Of a stretch of DNA of 26,065 nt, positions 24,142 through 26,065 are shown piece after piece. The translations under genes and the position numbers were made by a program. The notes under the pieces are model-generated. The model made no database searches. It was not told the origin of the DNA and worked only from the letters and a program-made list of their open reading frames with translations. The first letter of the stretch is position 1, and each line of letters opens with the position of its first letter. This DNA is from an uncultured Janthinobacterium sp. (GTDB lineage: Bacteria; Vulcanimicrobiota; Vulcanimicrobiia; Vulcanimicrobiales; Vulcanimicrobiaceae), in NCBI GenBank assembly GCA_964658025.1, contig CAZZXB010000026.1, positions 1 through 26,065 on the forward strand, read 5' to 3'.

Positions 24142-25356
24142 ATGGATCGCGCGTCGTTCGTGAAGGTCGTGGTCGCGGCTCCCGCAGCCGCGTCGCGTCC
24201 GCACGGATCCGCCGCCCCGCAGACGCCCGGGCCGCCCGGCGTGCCGCCGTCGATGCGCGTCCCCGGCGGACCGATCCCGTCGTACGGCAGACCGTCGTCG
24301 TTCGAAGCGCGCGTGGTTCGCGAGCCGCCCGACGCGACGATGGTCGCGTTCACGCCGCTCGGCGAACAAGCGGGCCCGATCACGCCGAACGGATTGTTCT
24401 TCACGCGCAATCACGCGGGCGTCGCGAGGATCGATCCGCGCGCGCATCGCCTGCTCGTGCACGGCCGCGTGCGTCGTCCGCTCGTCTTTTCGATGGCCGA
24501 TCTGCTGCGGTTGCCCTCCGTCTCGCGCGCGTATTTCATCGAATGTTCCGGCAACACCGAGATCGAGTGGCAAGGACCGCAGGCGACGAGCGTCGCGCGG
24601 TCGCACGGCCTCGCGTCGTGTAGCGAATGGACGGGCGTACCGCTCCGCATCGTACTCGATGCGGTCGGCGCGACGGACGACGCGCGTTACGTGCTCGCCG
24701 AGGGTGCCGACGGCGCGGGCTACGATCGAAGTTTTCCGATCGAGAAAGCGCGCGACGACGCGCTCCTCGCCTACGCGCAGAACGGCGAACGTCTCCGCCC
24801 CGAACAAGGCTTTCCGCTGCGCTTGATCCTGCCCGGTTGGGAGGGCAACACGTGCGTGAAGTGGTTGCGACGGCTCGAACTCGGTCCCGCCCCGTTCGGC
24901 GAGCGCGAAGCGCTCCAGTATGCGGAACTCTATCGCGACGGGATCTCGCGCGTCGACGATTTCGTGATGCGCGCGAAGTCGGTCGTGACGTATCCGTCGG
25001 TCGGCGATCGACTCGGCGCGTTCGGCGCGTACGAACTGCGCGGCCTCGCGTGGTCCGGTCGCGGAAAGATCGCGAAGGTCGAGATCACGCTCGACGGCGG
25101 GGACACGTGGGCCGATGCCGCGCTCGACGGACCCGTCCTCGAGAAAGCGTTCACGCGATTCACGTTTCCGCTCGCGTGGGCCGGCGCGTCCTCGCGCATC
25201 GCGAGTCGGGCGACCGACGAGACGGGTTACGTCCAACCGACGCATCGCGCGCTCGTCGCCGAACGCGGGATCTTCTCGCAGTATCACAATAACGCGATCC
25301 AGTTCTGGACGATCGCGACGGACGGGAAGGTCTCGAACGCGGCGCCGCATGCGTGA
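24142..25356 (+). CDS. soxC: SoxC-like molybdopterin oxidoreductase (sulfite oxidase family)
   Basis: ITPNGLFFTRNH, Mo-ligand Cys in FIECSGN, EWTGVPL, QNGERLRPEQGFPLRL, GWEGNTCVKWLRRL, GLAWSGRGKI, SRATDETGYVQP and YHNNAIQ. Confidence 0.88.
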   Translation: MDRASFVKVVVAAPAAASRPHGSAAPQTPGPPGVPPSMRVPGGPIPSYGRPSSFEARVVREPPDATMVAFTPLGEQAGPITPNGLFFTRNHAGVARIDPRAHRLLVHGRVRRPLVFSMADLLRLPSVSRAYFIECSGNTEIEWQGPQATSVARSHGLASCSEWTGVPLRIVLDAVGATDDARYVLAEGADGAGYDRSFPIEKARDDALLAYAQNGERLRPEQGFPLRLILPGWEGNTCVKWLRRLELGPAPFGEREALQYAELYRDGISRVDDFVMRAKSVVTYPSVGDRLGAFGAYELRGLAWSGRGKIAKVEITLDGGDTWADAALDGPVLEKAFTRFTFPLAWAGASSRIASRATDETGYVQPTHRALVAERGIFSQYHNNAIQFWTIATDGKVSNAAPHA

Positions 25357-25930
25357 GGTCCGTGCGTTCGCGGCGTTCGCGGCGACGCTCGCGTGCGTCG
25401 CGTTCGCGCGCGTCGCGACGAAGGCGGTCGAGCCCGCGGGGATCGGAACGCCCGCGACGCCCGCCCAGACGCGGGCGTGGACGACCGAGATCTTACCCGA
25501 CGGCACGGGGCTTCCCGCAGGTCGCGGTTCGGTCGCGCGCGGCGAGGTCGTGTTCGAGTCGCGCTGCGAATCGTGTCACGCGACGCCCGCGGCACCCGCC
25601 TTATCGGGCGGCGTCGGATCGCTCGCGCGCGTACCGCAGAAGAGCGTGACGAGTTATTGGCCGAGCGCGCCGACGCTCTTCGATTACGTCCGCCGCGCGA
25701 TGCCGCCGGGTCACCCGGCTTCCCTCTCGGCGAACGACGTCTACGCGGTCTGCGCGTTCGTCCTCGCGCAAGACGGGCTCGTGCGACGCGGCTCGGTTCT
25801 CGATCGCACGTCGCTGCCGCGGGTCGTCATGCCGAATCGCGACGGATTCGTTCCCGCATCGGACGCCGACGCGAGGGGTCCGACACCGGCCTCGCCCGCC
25901 GCGACGACCGTCCCCACGAACGCGCCATAG
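25349..25930 (+). CDS. soxD: SoxD-like monoheme cytochrome c
   Basis: ATG 25349 overlaps the soxC end. Signal peptide, ILPDGTGLPAGRGSV, a single CxxCH (CESCH), SYWP...TLFDYVRRAMP (Met ligand) and VVMPNRDGF. Confidence 0.85.
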   Translation: MREVRAFAAFAATLACVAFARVATKAVEPAGIGTPATPAQTRAWTTEILPDGTGLPAGRGSVARGEVVFESRCESCHATPAAPALSGGVGSLARVPQKSVTSYWPSAPTLFDYVRRAMPPGHPASLSANDVYAVCAFVLAQDGLVRRGSVLDRTSLPRVVMPNRDGFVPASDADARGPTPASPAATTVPTNAP

Positions 25931-26065
25931 ACGGGTTTTCGCGCGGACCTTTCGAGTCGCCGACGTGCGCGGGCGCCCCGCGGTGCGCGCGATCGCCGGG
26001 CGCGTGCGGGCGTCTTTGCGGGGGCCTTGACGGTCGTCGCCGACGTGCGCGCGACGCGCGCGGGC

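Noticed and set aside
1..26065. CRISPR arrays, tRNA/rRNA, transposases, integrases, prophage or anti-phage defence genes
   Set aside because: No spaced direct-repeat array, RNA-gene signature or recognisable mobile or defence domain was seen. The WYL gene is YafY-type and has no defence genes beside it.

Overview
Very GC- and CpG-rich bacterial chromosomal DNA. Gene content and style suggest a Terrabacteria soil lineage such as Candidatus Eremiobacterota, but this is inference only. About 26 tightly packed genes and no detectable mobile element, CRISPR array, rRNA or tRNA. In order: 3' end of sufD; a VOC-fold gene divergent from a YafY/WYL regulator with a perfect 12-7-12 inverted-repeat operator between them; a secreted M16 zinc peptidase; a stand-alone ~190-nt minus-strand transcription unit (near-consensus sigma70 promoter, SD plus 21-codon ORF, strong hairpin); an orphan peptide ABC solute-binding lipoprotein; a secreted hypothetical coupled to an orphan class I HMG-CoA reductase; a single-Cys thiol peroxidase; a type III PKS / methyltransferase / FAD-oxidoreductase operon; threonine ammonia-lyase; several hypotheticals, one with a promoter and palindromic operator and one with two repeated beta-rich domains on a long PTA linker; an S8 lipoprotein protease; MscS; a CPA1 antiporter; and a soxCD-like pair whose Tat motif is degenerate. 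The best candidates for something undescribed are the small RNA/micropeptide locus at ~4670-4895, the WYL-VOC cassette, and the orphan HMGR next to the type III PKS cluster. All calls are from motif recognition by eye; no database searches were run.
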